A DNA stretch of 62,087 bases, counting the filler, from Squatina squatina (taxonomy: Eukaryota), in the NCBI GenBank assembly GCA_031763465.1. It is 4 parts of 4 records of this genome, joined end to end, with 100 filler letters (N's around TTAATTAATTAA, not from the genome) between each part and the next. Parts side by side here need not be neighbours in the genome. Positions count along the whole stretch, not along the records: positions 1 to 17,320 come from JARFOE010000121.1; 3 more parts are not named here. One strand, written 5' to 3'. The notes under the pieces are model-generated. The model saw nothing but the letters and a program-made list of their open reading frames with translations. It was not told the DNA's origin and did no database searches. This document shows positions 1 to 13,000 of this stretch, one piece after another. Both the position numbers and the translations under genes were made by a program. Each line of letters begins with the position of its first letter. The first letter of the stretch is position 1.

Positions 1-1080
1 CACTCACGTGCTGGGCTCCGCCATCATTGAGGATGGGGATATTCATGGAGCCTCCTCCTCCTGTTCGTTCTTTGATGGTCCAACACCATTCACGACTGGG
101 TGTGGCAGGACTGCAGAGCTGTGATCTGATCCATTGGTTGTGGGATCGCTTAGCTCTGTCTGTAGCATGCTGCTTCCACTGTTTAGCATGCATGGAGTCC
201 TGCCAGAGTGAGTAAGCTAAAACTTTTTAAAAAACTATCCCAGGTAACTTGGAGTTTCCTCTGTCTAAGCATTAAATCAGTATCGTGTCATACAGCAACT
301 GACAGATTATGACTTTCTTGACATTGAATTTCACAGAATATCAAGTTAATTTTAATGGGAATTTATGTAAAATCCAAAGACCTTTGTATATCACTCATTC
401 TCCCTGACACCAAAATGTTTTTTTTACCACTACTTAATTTATTAACACAGAAGTAAGAAATATTGGCAATTTAGGGCCTGTGAGCTGATAATATTCTGAC
501 CTGAGGCATTAGGCAGTATTTTACCAATTAAACCTCAGCACCTATTGTGCAGCTAAATGGTTTTTGCAAATGCAGTTTCTTATTCTTTCTCTGCATTTCA
601 GTTAGATATTTGCTTGTCTTACACCTCATTAAACTGCAAATTCACAGTCGCTGCAAATCTACAGCCATTTCATGGCAAAATGTTTGTATAAATGGTGCAG
701 ATTGATTTATTGTGATCTCAGTTCGGAATAAATGCTCTCAGCTCTGGGGACCAAATTTGAACAAATACTTATTGTGACTCTCCTGCTGCTTTCTACAGCA
801 AAGTAAAATGTATCAAGCTAGTCATGTAAGAAGGTTGGGGCATCCAATTAGTTCTCACACAGCTATTTATTCAGTACTTGGCTCAGTGGAGCAAAAAGGG
901 TTGAATTGTTTATAAAAGCAGAGAAAACGGGAGATCACCATTATATTTCATGAGAAAGATTAGATTATTTCCATACAGAATAATGCGAATCAATGCTAAC
1001 TGCATTTTGCTTTCGTGAAATATAACATTCTTCTAACCCACAAAATGTAATTTAAATCACTGTTATTATTTGAATACTTT

Positions 1081-1634
1081 GGGGGAAATTCCCAGCGCCG
1101 TGCCAGGAGCATTCGGCTTCCGTGACCTGTTTTTTTTGCGCCAGCCACAGATCTTTCGTCCCCGGTATTGGGTTACCGCTCCGGAAATCAGGCGAAGTGT
1201 TGTCCACCTCATTTCCGGGCCGGTATTTGGGCATTCAGTCGGCACTGACACGGGAGCGTTGGGAGCGCAGTGCTGATGACGTCAGCACCACGCTCCGGAC
1301 GCCAGCACACTGACGTCAGCCGAGGCCCCACCCCCTGAATTAAAGGGGCGGGCCGCCGGCCAAGACTGCATCACCAAAGAAAATGGCGGCTGCCGGCGCT
1401 CCAGCCATCCCCTTTAAAAGGTCACGGCAATGACAGCTGCCGGCCTTGCGTCACACGGGGGAATTTCCCTCACGGGTGCACTGGAGGCACTAAAGGGTCA
1501 GAGCGCATTTGGAGGACGTGGCACACTGACTCTCCGTGAAATTCCTCGGCGGCTGGGACCCCCCACCTCCCCGGGGGAATTTCCTGGTCGGTAAGACGGA
1601 CGCCTCGCCCTGCCCAATTTAATTTTTTTGCCCC
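1081..1634. mobile_element. GC-rich non-autonomous DNA element (Harbinger-type MITE, approximate ends)
   Basis: Starts GGGGGAAATT and ends AATTTTTTTGCCCC. Internal motifs (CATTTCCGGG, TGACGTCAGC, TTAAAGGGG) recur in reverse complement in the element at 33408-34091. Confidence 0.55.
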
Positions 1635-2379
1635 ATTAGCACCCCTCGGATGCACTATCAGGTCGTTAAAAAAGGGGAATTTCATCCTCATAATCGTTTT
1701 TCTTAATTTATTCTTCTCACACAATCTGTATTATTATAATTAGTTCATGTTATATGTCAGACGTAAGTTAGCATGTGTTTGTAATATTTCGATTTCTTAA
1801 TACATAGATAAAAACTTCCCAAACTTAACTGAAAGAACATAACCTTCCTGGGTGTATATCAGACATTGCAAATTGCCTACCTTTAATAATTAATCCCATC
1901 ATTCCTTCAGAAGCTTTTTCAACTGTGATTTTCCATTTCAAGGCAATTGCCTTTTAGCTATTACAAAGACTGTTAGCATCCACCTAATCACTTCATGAGA
2001 AAGCTGCAAAACAGATTCATTTCAGACGAAGCATAGTCTAGTGCTCTGCAGGATTGTAATACAATTAAATGCTAAGATCTGGATTCACACTACTTGCCTG
2101 GATTCTGCTACCATCACCAAAACATATATAAAAGATTAGGGGCGCTCAATTGGCCTTTTTATAGTCTGTGGCTATATGGGGCCAATACAGAATTGGCCTC
2201 TTCGAAAATTTCTTGTCAAAGCAAACCTATGTTCCAAACCAGTGCTAATGGGGCTATTGACACTTAGGTTTTTTCAGCTGCCCAATTGTTGGTCTGATGT
2301 AAGGAGGTGGTATCAGATGTCAGGCCACCTCTGTCCTTAAAGGGAATCGTTCTGCTGACACAAGCACTGGTTGTTGGTG

Positions 2380-2674
2380 GGCGAGGAGGGATAGTTTTAT
2401 CAACTGCTGGTATGTGCAGACATAATCGATGGCACCCTAGACCCTCGGGAAGCCAGATATCTTGGCAATGGCCAAAACTCTGTCTTGCTGAGTCTGAGCA
2501 CTCGCCAATCAAACCTCATTTGATGTCATCTTCCTGTCTGACCTCTCGGAGAACGATGCAGGGCTGTGGCGTGTGCCACCAGTGCCGTCACTGGGTATGG
2601 CAAGTGAAGGATTTGCTGTGTGTGATGATGGTGGGCAGCTGGTGATGCCAACTGCCTGGCATCATCCTGGTGTG
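2380..2674 (-). mobile_element. Degenerate PIF/Harbinger transposase fragment
   Basis: Minus strand reads ISGFPRV*GAIDY, matching the HARBI1-like GFPxVxGAID motif. Contains a stop codon and runs into an N gap. Confidence 0.6.
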
Positions 2675-3607
2675 NNNNNNNNNNNNNNNNNNNNNNNNNN
2701 NNNNNNNNNNNNNNNNNNNNNNNNNNNNNNNNNNNNNNNNNNNNNNNNNNNNNNNNNNNNNNNNNNNNNNNNNNNNNNNNNNNNNNNNNNNNNNNNNNNN
2801 NNNNNNNNNNNNNNNNNNNNNNNNNNNNNNNNNNNNNNNNNNNNNNNNNNNNNNNNNNNNNNNNNNNNNNNNNNNNNNNNNNNNNNNNNNNNNNNNNNNN
2901 NNNNNNNNNNNNNNNNNNNNNNNNNNNNNNNNNNNNNNNNNNNNNNNNNNNNNNNNNNNNNNNNNNNNNNNNNNNNNNNNNNNNNNNNNNNNNNNNNNNN
3001 NNNNNNNNNNNNNNNNNNNNNNNNNNNNNNNNNNNNNNNNNNNNNNNNNNNNNNNNNNNNNNNNNNNNNNNNNNNNNNNNNNNNNNNNNNNNNNNNNNNN
3101 NNNNNNNNNNNNNNNNNNNNNNNNNNNNNNNNNNNNNNNNNNNNNNNNNNNNNNNNNNNNNNNNNNNNNNNNNNNNNNNNNNNNNNNNNNNNNNNNNNNN
3201 NNNNNNNNNNNNNNNNNNNNNNNNNNNNNNNNNNNNNNNNNNNNNNNNNNNNNNNNNNNNNNNNNNNNNNNNNNNNNNNNNNNNNNNNNNNNNNNNNNNN
3301 NNNNNNNNNNNNNNNNNNNNNNNNNNNNNNNNNNNNNNNNNNNNNNNNNNNNNNNNNNNNNNNNNNNNNNNNNNNNNNNNNNNNNNNNNNNNNNNNNNNN
3401 NNNNNNNNNNNNNNNNNNNNNNNNNNNNNNNNNNNNNNNNNNNNNNNNNNNNNNNNNNNNNNNNNNNNNNNNNNNNNNNNNNNNNNNNNNNNNNNNNNNN
3501 NNNNNNNNNNNNNNNNNNNNNNNNNNNNNNNNNNNNNNNNNNNNNNNNNNNNNNNNNNNNNNNNNNNNNNNNNNNNNNNNNNNNNNNNNNNNNNNNNNNN
3601 NNNNNNN

Positions 3608-3700
3608 AGAGGTTTCGGGAGGGAATTCCAGAGCTTAGGGCCCAGTCAGCTGAAGGCACGGCTGCCAACAGTGGAGTGATTAAAATCAGGGATGTGCATG
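3608..3700 (-). mobile_element. L2-like LINE 3' fragment
   Basis: GAGGTTTCGGGAGGGAATTCCAGAGCTTAGG...CAGCTGAAGGCACGGC; a near-identical copy lies at 15907-16030. Confidence 0.55.
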
Positions 3701-3912
3701 ATATGATGCATGAAAAGTAACAGTATCATTTAGGTGTTAGGTCCAACCTGATACTCGATCAAGTAAAGCTAAACAACGTGAGACCTCCTCAAGTTGGCAT
3801 CCCCACACCTCTTTCAGCTTGCGCTGGCTGCAGCAAAACTCCAGCAAAGTCAAATTTTAAAAATTGCAGGTGGTTCACTGGATTTCCTGAAGTCTTTAAA
3901 AAATAAATCTGC

Positions 3913-4093
3913 GGTTGTAATTTTGACTTTGTGCAATAGTGCAAAAGGGTGGTGAATCGGCAGCCCCTGTTACATCTCTCCCGGTTTTTATTTCCATTGA
4001 CTTCAATGGAAATAAAAATCATTGAGAGATGTAAAACAGTCCCCTGATTTGTTAACACCTGCCGTGCACTATCCCACAGTCAAAATTACACCC
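3913..4093. repeat. Palindromic MITE (about 180 bp hairpin)
   Basis: Terminal GGTTGTAATTTTGACT / AGTCAAAATTACACCC; internal TACATCTCTC / GAGAGATGTA; central palindrome TTTTTATTTCCATTGA-CT-TCAATGGAAATAAAAA. Confidence 0.75.
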
Positions 4094-6764
4094 TGTACAT
4101 TATGAGCATACTCTCAAGGTTAGTCTGCAATATAACAAGGATCTGCTGATAACACATTGAAACCTGCTCTCGGATCAGTAGCTATCATATTACTACAGCC
4201 AAAGAATCTAGTGTTGAATGCTGGAAAACAGAAGTACACTACTATCAGCACTTTTGATGCTTCCCGGGTGTAGATGACCAGAACTATTTGCTTTGATTGT
4301 GCTCCATCATCTTGGGCGGGTTTGTTTGTTCAATCTTTTGTTCCTTTGTATGACATAATACCAGTTAATCTTTTCTTGATGATAAAATGGGTTTAAAAGT
4401 ATAATTTATATCCATTAAAATCAGATTTGATTGCAATTGCAAAATGTTTTGATCATCTATCCTGTGAGTAGAATAGAAGATCAGGGTGTTACCAAAACCA
4501 CATGCCATGACTTGAGAAAGGGCTTAATGTCTTATTCTCTTTCTAGGAATTACAAATTTTTTACAGTGTGGCACCTGTTTTACTCTGTAACACAGGAGAT
4601 AGACAACACGTTGTGGGCTTGTTTTCTCTTCACTTTTGATTGAAGTACAGATTTTGCAATATTCTGGTCTCCTAGTTTTATTTTAAGAAAAACGAAAGCA
4701 CATTTGAAAATTGCCTGATCTTTCATGCATTTATCTACAAGTGGAAAATTGTAGCATCATGTTGCAACCTACCAGCTAACTGAATTAATTAATAGTCCTG
4801 CATAATAAATGGCAAGAATAACCTTTTTAACAGGCCTTCTCATTTGCAGCTCTTTGCTGTAAACTTGTAACTGCTTTTTAAGTACTTTGTTTATCACAGT
4901 GTGATTCAGCTAATTATGGTCTTCTGTTATCCAGCATTATACAGTTCATTAAAAAAAATGGATGGAACATGCTGATAATATGCCTTTGGCAGTACTCGCT
5001 GACAATGTCACCACACTGTGAGCAAACTATGCCTGAGAGTAACTCCATTTATTTCTTCTCAATTTCTTTTTGCATGTTGTGTCATTTTTTTTCTTTTATT
5101 ATTCATTTATTCCTTCTTATTAACATGTTATTTTCTTTCTGTTGGACTAGCAGCGGTCATGGAGTATATTTTCCTCCATTCATTAATATCAGAAAATAGT
5201 TAGCATTCATGTCAAGCACAGAAATCTTTTCCACTAACGTTTGAGAATGAGGGAAAATATCCTCCCAAGTATATTCTTCCCTTCTCGATGTTAACATCCT
5301 CTATTGAGAATTCCTTCTGCAGCACTTCAAATATTCATGTGTGAAACATGGATCTCAACAAAAAAAAACATAAACTTGTCTCGGTCTGACTTTCATTTTC
5401 CACCTTGTCGCACCACAGTTCCATTTACTCAACTTGGAGGTTGCACTGATTTATACAGAAATAGTGTAACAGTTAAAATAAATTATTGAAATCATGGATT
5501 TTTTACGGGTACTAATACTGTATGGATTTTATAGGTATGTAGTAAAAAGCATAATTTAACATAACATAACATTAACGATCCAATATTTTTCATCCACCAT
5601 AAATGTTTCCTTTGTTTAGAGTAAAGTTTTGAATTAATCATTCCTTTGCCTGCTGTATGTTTCCTTCCCATTCCATTCAAAGGTTGAGCCTTAACTTGGC
5701 ACTGTTATCTGTTTTTTGAACAGCTTTTGGAATCATTGCATGGCCCTCTTTTAGCCTCAAACCCAAATCCAGCCTTCTGTTACATAAGGTGGTTTGGGTT
5801 GTACAGTTTCACAAGAATATATATATTTTGTGAGACCTGGCAAACTTAACACTGAGGTCATTTGTAGCACAGGTACACCTACAACATCAGTGGGGAGGGC
5901 AGGCCCCTCTTAAGTTTGCAAGTGACGCCTTCCCCTCTATTTTAANNNNNNNNNNNNNNNNNNNNNNNNNNNNNNNNNNNNNNNNNNNNNNNNNNNNNNN
6001 NNNNNNNNNNNNNNNNNNNNNNNNNNNNNNNNNNNNNNNNNNNNNTAGCCCCATATTACTGCCAAAATTACCTCAAAAAAATCCCCTTAAATGCCTGAGT
6101 TTAATAATCGGTAACAAAGCTGTAATTTACAATAATGCATTTAGCATCGTTAAGCTGTTCTAAAAAGAAAAGCAATGTACTAAACAATATACACAATTAC
6201 TGGAAGCCATCTGTGGCTGTTTTGGGGGTAATTGTGAGATGGGTGTATTGAGGGGAAGGGTTAGCTTTTGAATTTGAGGTGAATTTAGTTAATTTTGAGC
6301 ATTGAAATGGTCCTTATTGACAAGAAACAGCTGCAGGATTGGATGTACTGTAGTTTCAATCTGCTGTCATGGTCTAAATGTGGTACTTGTGAGCTGGTAA
6401 TGATATTTAACAATAAAACAATCAACTGAATTCAGGAACAGGACACAGCCACACCTATCATTCATTGATTCAACACATGTAGCAGGGATGTGTAAACCCC
6501 ACTTTCACTTGGATTTTCAGGTGTTTTAATCTAAACCAATTCCAGCCCATTGAATCTAAACCCGAAACTGAACCCTTCAAATCAATACTAACATTGCAGG
6601 GGCCAGTTAAGAGACTTGCTAAGTCAATCCCTATTTTATTATTTACTAATTATGGTTTTATTATGGTGCACTAATGTTTTTTTTTTATTCATAGTTTTAT
6701 TTTTCTAACATCTATATACTTGTACTAATTCTATATTTTGAAGAAGTTTATTTGACTGAATGGT

Positions 6765-7217
6765 CAAGTCCTCTGAGGAGAGATTGAGTAGACTAGGCCT
6801 ATATCCTCTAGAGTTTGGAAGGATGGAAGATGATCTCATTGAAACATACAAAATTCTTACAGGGCTTGATAGGGTAGATGCAGGGAGGATGTTTCCCATG
6901 GCTGGGGAGTCTAGAACCAGGGATTAGAGTCTCAGAATAATGGGTTTGCCATTTAGGACGGAGATGAGGAGAGATTTCTTCACTCAGAGGGTTGTGAATC
7001 TTTGAAATTCTCTACTCCAGAGGGCTGTGGGGGCTCAGTCATTGAGTATATTCAAGACCGAGATCGATAGATTTTTGGATATTAAGGGAATCAAGGGATA
7101 CGGGGATAGTGCAGGCAAGTGGAGTTGAGGTAGAAGTTCAACCATGATCTTGCTGAATGGCGGAGTAGGCGTGAGGGGCCAAGTGGCCTACGCCTGCTCC
7201 TATTTCTTATGTTCTTA
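6765..7217 (+). mobile_element. CR1-clade LINE 3' end (ORF2 C-terminus plus tail)
   Basis: Translates EERLSRLGLYPLEFGRMEDDLIETYKILTGLDRVDAGR and ends in the CCTGCTCCTATTTCTTATGTTCTTA tail typical of shark CR1/HER1-like LINEs. Confidence 0.85.
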
Positions 7218-9589
7218 AGTCATTTTAAATGCGGTAGCAGGAGATATTTGTACAATTACCAGTGTTTCTCAGTAGCCCTGTTTTTCTAGTTTTACTTTTA
7301 GAACTGCTGTTTAAAGATCATCTGGGAGCAGAAATTTTGAATCAGATTCACTTCATAAGATGAAGTTCTGGTTGAGTGACATCACAAGTAAGGACAGGAT
7401 TATGGGCAATGTGCTCCATTTATGATATTGGAGTGAAAGCTCATTACATCACAATGAAAAATTCAATAAAATATCTCCATTCAGAATGATGTGGCAATTC
7501 GGGGGAATGTGTTTCCCCTTTAACTTACAATATTCCAGGTAATAGCTTTTATTAGACAACAAAATATGTATTATGTATGTGTTACATATAGTGGCATAAT
7601 CTTTCAGATCTTCAGGGTTTCATTCTTCACTCATAGAACGCCTTACCAGGATTGTAGAAATGTTTTTTCTCCCCACAGGAAGGAAACACATCCCAAGTAC
7701 CCCACAATCACATTTTGTAGTTCAGTTCTACATTCTGAATTTACATTTTACAGTTTTATTTCAATCCCTATCAGCGCTCACTAGCATTATTCAATGGTGA
7801 TCTACATCTAAGTAACATTGGTAGTTGGAATCTTTAGGCCAGTGCCACAATATAGTTACAGTGCACATCCACCTATCTGCCAACGCAGCTTTGCTATTGC
7901 TGAGACGAGGGGAACACTAGTATTGGAATAGTTTGAATTAACTGTAGCAGTTATCAATATGGTATTACTACATGTCTGTCACAATGCACATCACCTTGTT
8001 GCCTTTTTCATTTCATCTCCATCAAAATTGACCCAGTAAAATTAATCTATTACTGTGTGAGAGTTCCTTGAGACCAGGATACTCGACCAAATTCAACACA
8101 ATTACACGCTCTACTAAACAAACTAATTGGCTGATTATGACTAATAGTTCACTTAGAGAAAAAATGATGATCTCATTTTCTTCCCTACATGCTATTTCCT
8201 CACGTAAGTTCATGTAGAAAGGAACCAGAGTCACAGAAGTGTTTACACAGCCATTGCTAAACAGCTGCCGAATAACATTAATACATCTGATGTGCTGCTG
8301 ACAATCAGGAAAGGAAATCTGCCAGAGTGCAAATAACAGGAAAGGATAATCCCCAGTTCTACATAAGAGCTGCTGCTGTGACACAACGAACCCAAACACC
8401 TGATTTCATTCAAATTGTTCTTTCCAGGTGACCTCACTGGGAAAAACAGGAAGCTGAGGAGTTCTGTATTTGCTTAAGCGAATGTTGTTTGCCACAACTG
8501 TCTGTATGGGGACTTTGGGATTTGTCCCAGTAACTAACAGGAAGCTCAGGAAGAGCCAACAACAATTGTCTAAACCTATTTGTTTTTTTCGGGTTCAATA
8601 GCTTTAATATTGTGTTCAGGGAAGTTTGTGNNNNNNNNNNNNTCTTGTTAAAGAAACCAGTGCTGAACAGTTAATTGATGGTGATTGCTGCTAAATGGTG
8701 ATTCCTGTGATGTTACACCAGTTTTATTGAGTCTGTCAGTTTAATAACTGGATTTTCAAATACTATTGCGACAATTTTAGGAAGTGCAGAGATGCAACCT
8801 GAAACTGCCACTGTATTTATATGGCATGTGATAATTAAACAGCACTGAGCCAAGGTGATGATGAAAATCATTTTAATTACAGGTCTATTGGTGGCTGATT
8901 TATGGCAAGCATTTTTGGATTGAGAGCATATTTTAATTACAAGCTGTAATTTCAGCGTGAATATATTATTCTAATCAGACCAGTATGTAAGCTGTTTCAA
9001 CTGTTCACCAAAAATAGTTGGAGAAAATGTGTAATTTTGTAGAGCACAATGGCAATAAATAGTTGCTGTGTGATGCCTGGTAATAATGGGGTCGATACTA
9101 ACTGCCCCATGATGAGTGGGAGAGTGTTGAGGAGGGTGGAGGTTAAATGGTCAAATTTGCGAAACTCGACTCTAACCCGCAGTGGACTCACCTGTTTCTG
9201 TATTAACCGCAGTGGATATTGTCCGAGGTTCCCACTCTGGAGCGGCAGGTCCTGAATTATAATATTTAACTGAGGCTCCTTTCATGAGATTTTGGCAGCG
9301 ATTGCAAAATTAACACCTCCTGACAGTGAAATATAGATGAGATCGAACGGTGCTTCATGGGGATGGTTAAAGGTCAGGAATCCCAAGATTAATAAAGACT
9401 CAGTGCTCACAGCTGATTTCTCACCAGTTTGGTGAGAGTACTTGTTGTGAGAACTTGTAAAGTGTGGGGGTGTTGATTCAGTGAACACCAAGATGGGTAG
9501 CATCCTGGCTGCTTTTGAATGAACTTTGATTACATAGACATGACAATCCAAGCAACCCCAGATCATCCAGGAGCATTTGTCACTGCAAG

Positions 9590-10090
9590 GGATTTCATTC
9601 CATCAATGTTTACAACCACAAGAAAAGGTTCATGCAGGTCTGAGCCAGATTCCCTGGGAGCTGCCAGGATGCTTTCAAACTGCAGCAGTCCAACATCCTT
9701 GACCTGTTCATACCTGGAACCAGCCTTAAGGGGTGTCTGCTAGATGACAAAGGATATCCCCTTCAAACCTGGCTGATGACATCCCTGAGGAACCCCACTG
9801 ATGAACACTAAGAATACTGCAACACGAGCCATATGACAACAAGATGTGTCATTGGCTAAGCCATCAGCATGCTTAAGATGCGCTTCAGGTACCTGGACAG
9901 GTCTGGAGGCTCCCTTCAGTACTCACCAGCGAGGGTCTTTAGGATAAATGTGTTCTGCACAACAGAGTGCAGCAGCGAGGACTGGAGGTGCAGGAGGAAC
10001 AAGCCACTTCGCACTCTTCATCAGATGAGGATTCCAATGGAGAGGAGGAGGAGGAAGAAGTGGAAGATGTGCCCCCAATGCCAGACCTGA
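9590..10090 (+). mobile_element. Degenerate PIF/Harbinger DDE transposase fragment
   Basis: Motifs FPGSCQDAF, LLDDKGYPL..WLMT and MLKMRFRYLDRSGGSLQYSP, then an acidic tail; frameshifted. Confidence 0.8.
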
Positions 10091-13000
10091 TNNNNNNNNN
10101 NGCTCGTGATACCAGGGATGTCCTAATAGCTCAAAGGTTGAGTTGGTCACTCACACTGCACCAAAGTAACTGTCACATCCCCTGTGCCTTCCCCTCACTT
10201 ACACAAGCAGTCTTGTAACCAACCATCCACCTGCTGCACATTCCACAATTGGTCTCGGTCACTTCGTGTCTTCACATTCATCACCAAGCAAGATTGGTGA
10301 ACATGAGAATCTGGCGCAAATTAATACATTTTATATGACTTAATATATTAAAGGTGCTTACAAGACATTTTTACAAACACCCATGTTCAAACACTCAGGG
10401 TACTGCAAAGCTTTTCTTTTTTGGTATTGGACACCTTAAGTTGAGAACCTTTGCAACTCAATGCTACTTGTGCAGAAAATAATTAAATATATTGTATCTA
10501 ATTTGTCAAACAAAATGATGAAATGACTAAAATGATATTGTCTGCTTGCATTTAATTTCAAATCTTAATTATTCTTTTGAAAATGCACTTCATAGTTTGA
10601 TGTGCAACGTTTCAAATGTGCTTCAGGCAATTTTCTTACAGTACACATTTGTTTTCTTCTGTATTGCATTCACAGACCTTTTCAAAGGTTTTTACATCAG
10701 ATGTTCTATTATTTCTACTTCAGTGAACACCCTCTGCTCCTTTTTTTAGAAAATGACTAGATGATGAAACCAATTTCTTCTCTTGTGTACATTTGTATTT
10801 TTCCAAATATTTGCATACAACAAAATGGATTTCGAGTTTTACAATATAAAAACTACAGAAGCAGCAAATAAATATAACTAAGGTTGTGTTCTGGTTAAAA
10901 TGCTCTTTCAGATATCTTGTCCATATTTCACATAAGCAAATTGAATAATGTCACAGTTACCAAGAATCTTTGTGCTCATTAATTGTTTTCTTTGAATTTC
11001 TAATTGTACTAATGGTTCATATTTTTCGGTTGTAACTTGTATGTGATGCAACACTGACCCATAAGAAAATAAATTGTATGAATGTTGTGTTTTGTCTGAA
11101 GATGCGCATATNNNNNNNNNNCTGTGAGGGCCGAGTGGTGTTTAGGGTTGAAGTGATGCACAAGCCACTTGAATTTCACTTTAGCGAATTAAGGTATCTG
11201 GATATGCCCATCAAATGTTGGAAATAAATTTGTTCTGCATGTAAATCTAACGGACTAATGTACAGGAAACCAGCCAGGACTCCAGGAAGTCTGTAACTGA
11301 AAGTTTACGTTTAACATTGTTTAAAACTTCTTTTCAAACCCAGTAAGCTTGTTTTCTTTGTATTTTTTTTTACATTTTTTAAAATCCAAAACCTAAACAG
11401 GAGACAGATGTGTTTTAAAAACATTTTTTTTAGACTTGTGGACATTTGGTAGTTTTATTTTTGTTCTCACTTTAACATTTGATTCTGACTCTAAGCTTTT
11501 CTTCCTCCTTTGTACTACCGTGGACANNNNNNNNNNNNNNNNNNNNNNNNNNNNNNNNNNNNNNNNNNNNNNNNNNNNNNNNNNNNNNNNNNNNNNNNNN
11601 NNNNNNNNNNNNNNNNNNNNNNNNNNGCCTTGCCAGCAATGCCCACATTCCAGGAGCTAATTAAAAAAAAATTACCCTTCAACATTAAGCTTTTTTAGTA
11701 GAAAATGTTTAGAGGAAATATCCATGTCATCCTGTCACATTGCTATTTGGAAAATTCTACGTTATCTCTGGCTTTCATTTTCGGTTCTTTATATTATTGC
11801 AGATTTATAGTACTTCGAGGTGACATGATGTATTTACATATATATGCTGTTAAAAAGGATGAAGAGTTACAAACAGTGTAAATCTGTGTGCTGTCTGATT
11901 TATTCTGCCCCTGACTGTCTTTACTAAAAGCTAAAACAAATAGAAACTCGAAATGACATCAGTGTCCTGTGCGATAAATAAAAGATGTCATATGTCCAGC
12001 TGCCTCAACTACTGTGGAAACTACATTGTTTTATTGGGAAGTGATTAAAATCTGCTCTTTAGCGACCTGAAAGCAAAGCAATTTAACAGTGCACTCTGGC
12101 TATTCTTTCACTGCATCGGTTTTGTGGTCCAATGGACCTGAACCTGCCGTAGTAGTGGTAATATAAACAAAGCAAAAGAGGAAGTATCTGCTGAAAGGTA
12201 GTGGAGGCGGCTGGCACTGCAGCTCAGGAAGCTTACAATAAAAAATAATTGTGCTGACTGATCCCAAGCAATGTTAAACTTCCTTNNNNNNNNNNNNNNN
12301 NNNNNNNNNNNNNNNNNNNNNNNNNNNNNNNNNNNNNNNNNNNNNNNNNNNNNNNNNNNNNNNNNNNNNNNNNNNNNNNNNNNNNAATAAACACAACCAT
12401 GAATGCTGGACAAGTCACACAGGCCTCTGATCAGCAGGCGTTCCCAAAGAAGCGTCTGCCCCACTGAACAGACAGTGGAAAAAAAACATGAAGTGCTCAA
12501 GAGTTGCCAATGTGAGGTCTACAGCGAAGTAGAAAATGGGACTTAAATGGCAATAGCTAAACCTTTTTGATATTTGACTTGTACAAAAGCTCTCCAAAAG
12601 GTGACTTTCAATAAATATACAAGGCACAGGAAACCTCATGATAACATAAATACTCTTACATACATTTTCATAATACAGTGAAAACATATCTTTTACATTG
12701 TGAGACACAATACTGTATGAGCGTATGTGAGGATTTTTAGGATATTGGGCTCTATTTCTCTGTAAGATGTAATATTTTACTTTCTTTCACAGTCATGGAT
12801 TCAGACATTAATTTGCAATTAGCCACAGAGCTATTATGTGTAAGAAAATAATTTAAATATTCCCAGCAATTGATGTGTGCAGGAAATAGTCTTTAGCAGA
12901 CAATTAAATAGAAGTTATTGCATGGTGACATCGCACAGTTCCGGCAGTAAGCTACACAAACAGGTGAAAAGGTTTCCTGTATGTAGCATTACGGACTACC

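Noticed and set aside
2526-3679. ORFs of 300-380 aa (also 55530-56540)
   Set aside because: Almost entirely X residues from N gaps.
5210-5335. Minus-strand frame reading IFEVLQKEFSIEDVNIEKGRIYLGGYF
   Set aside because: No recognisable homology and no convincing splice-site pair.
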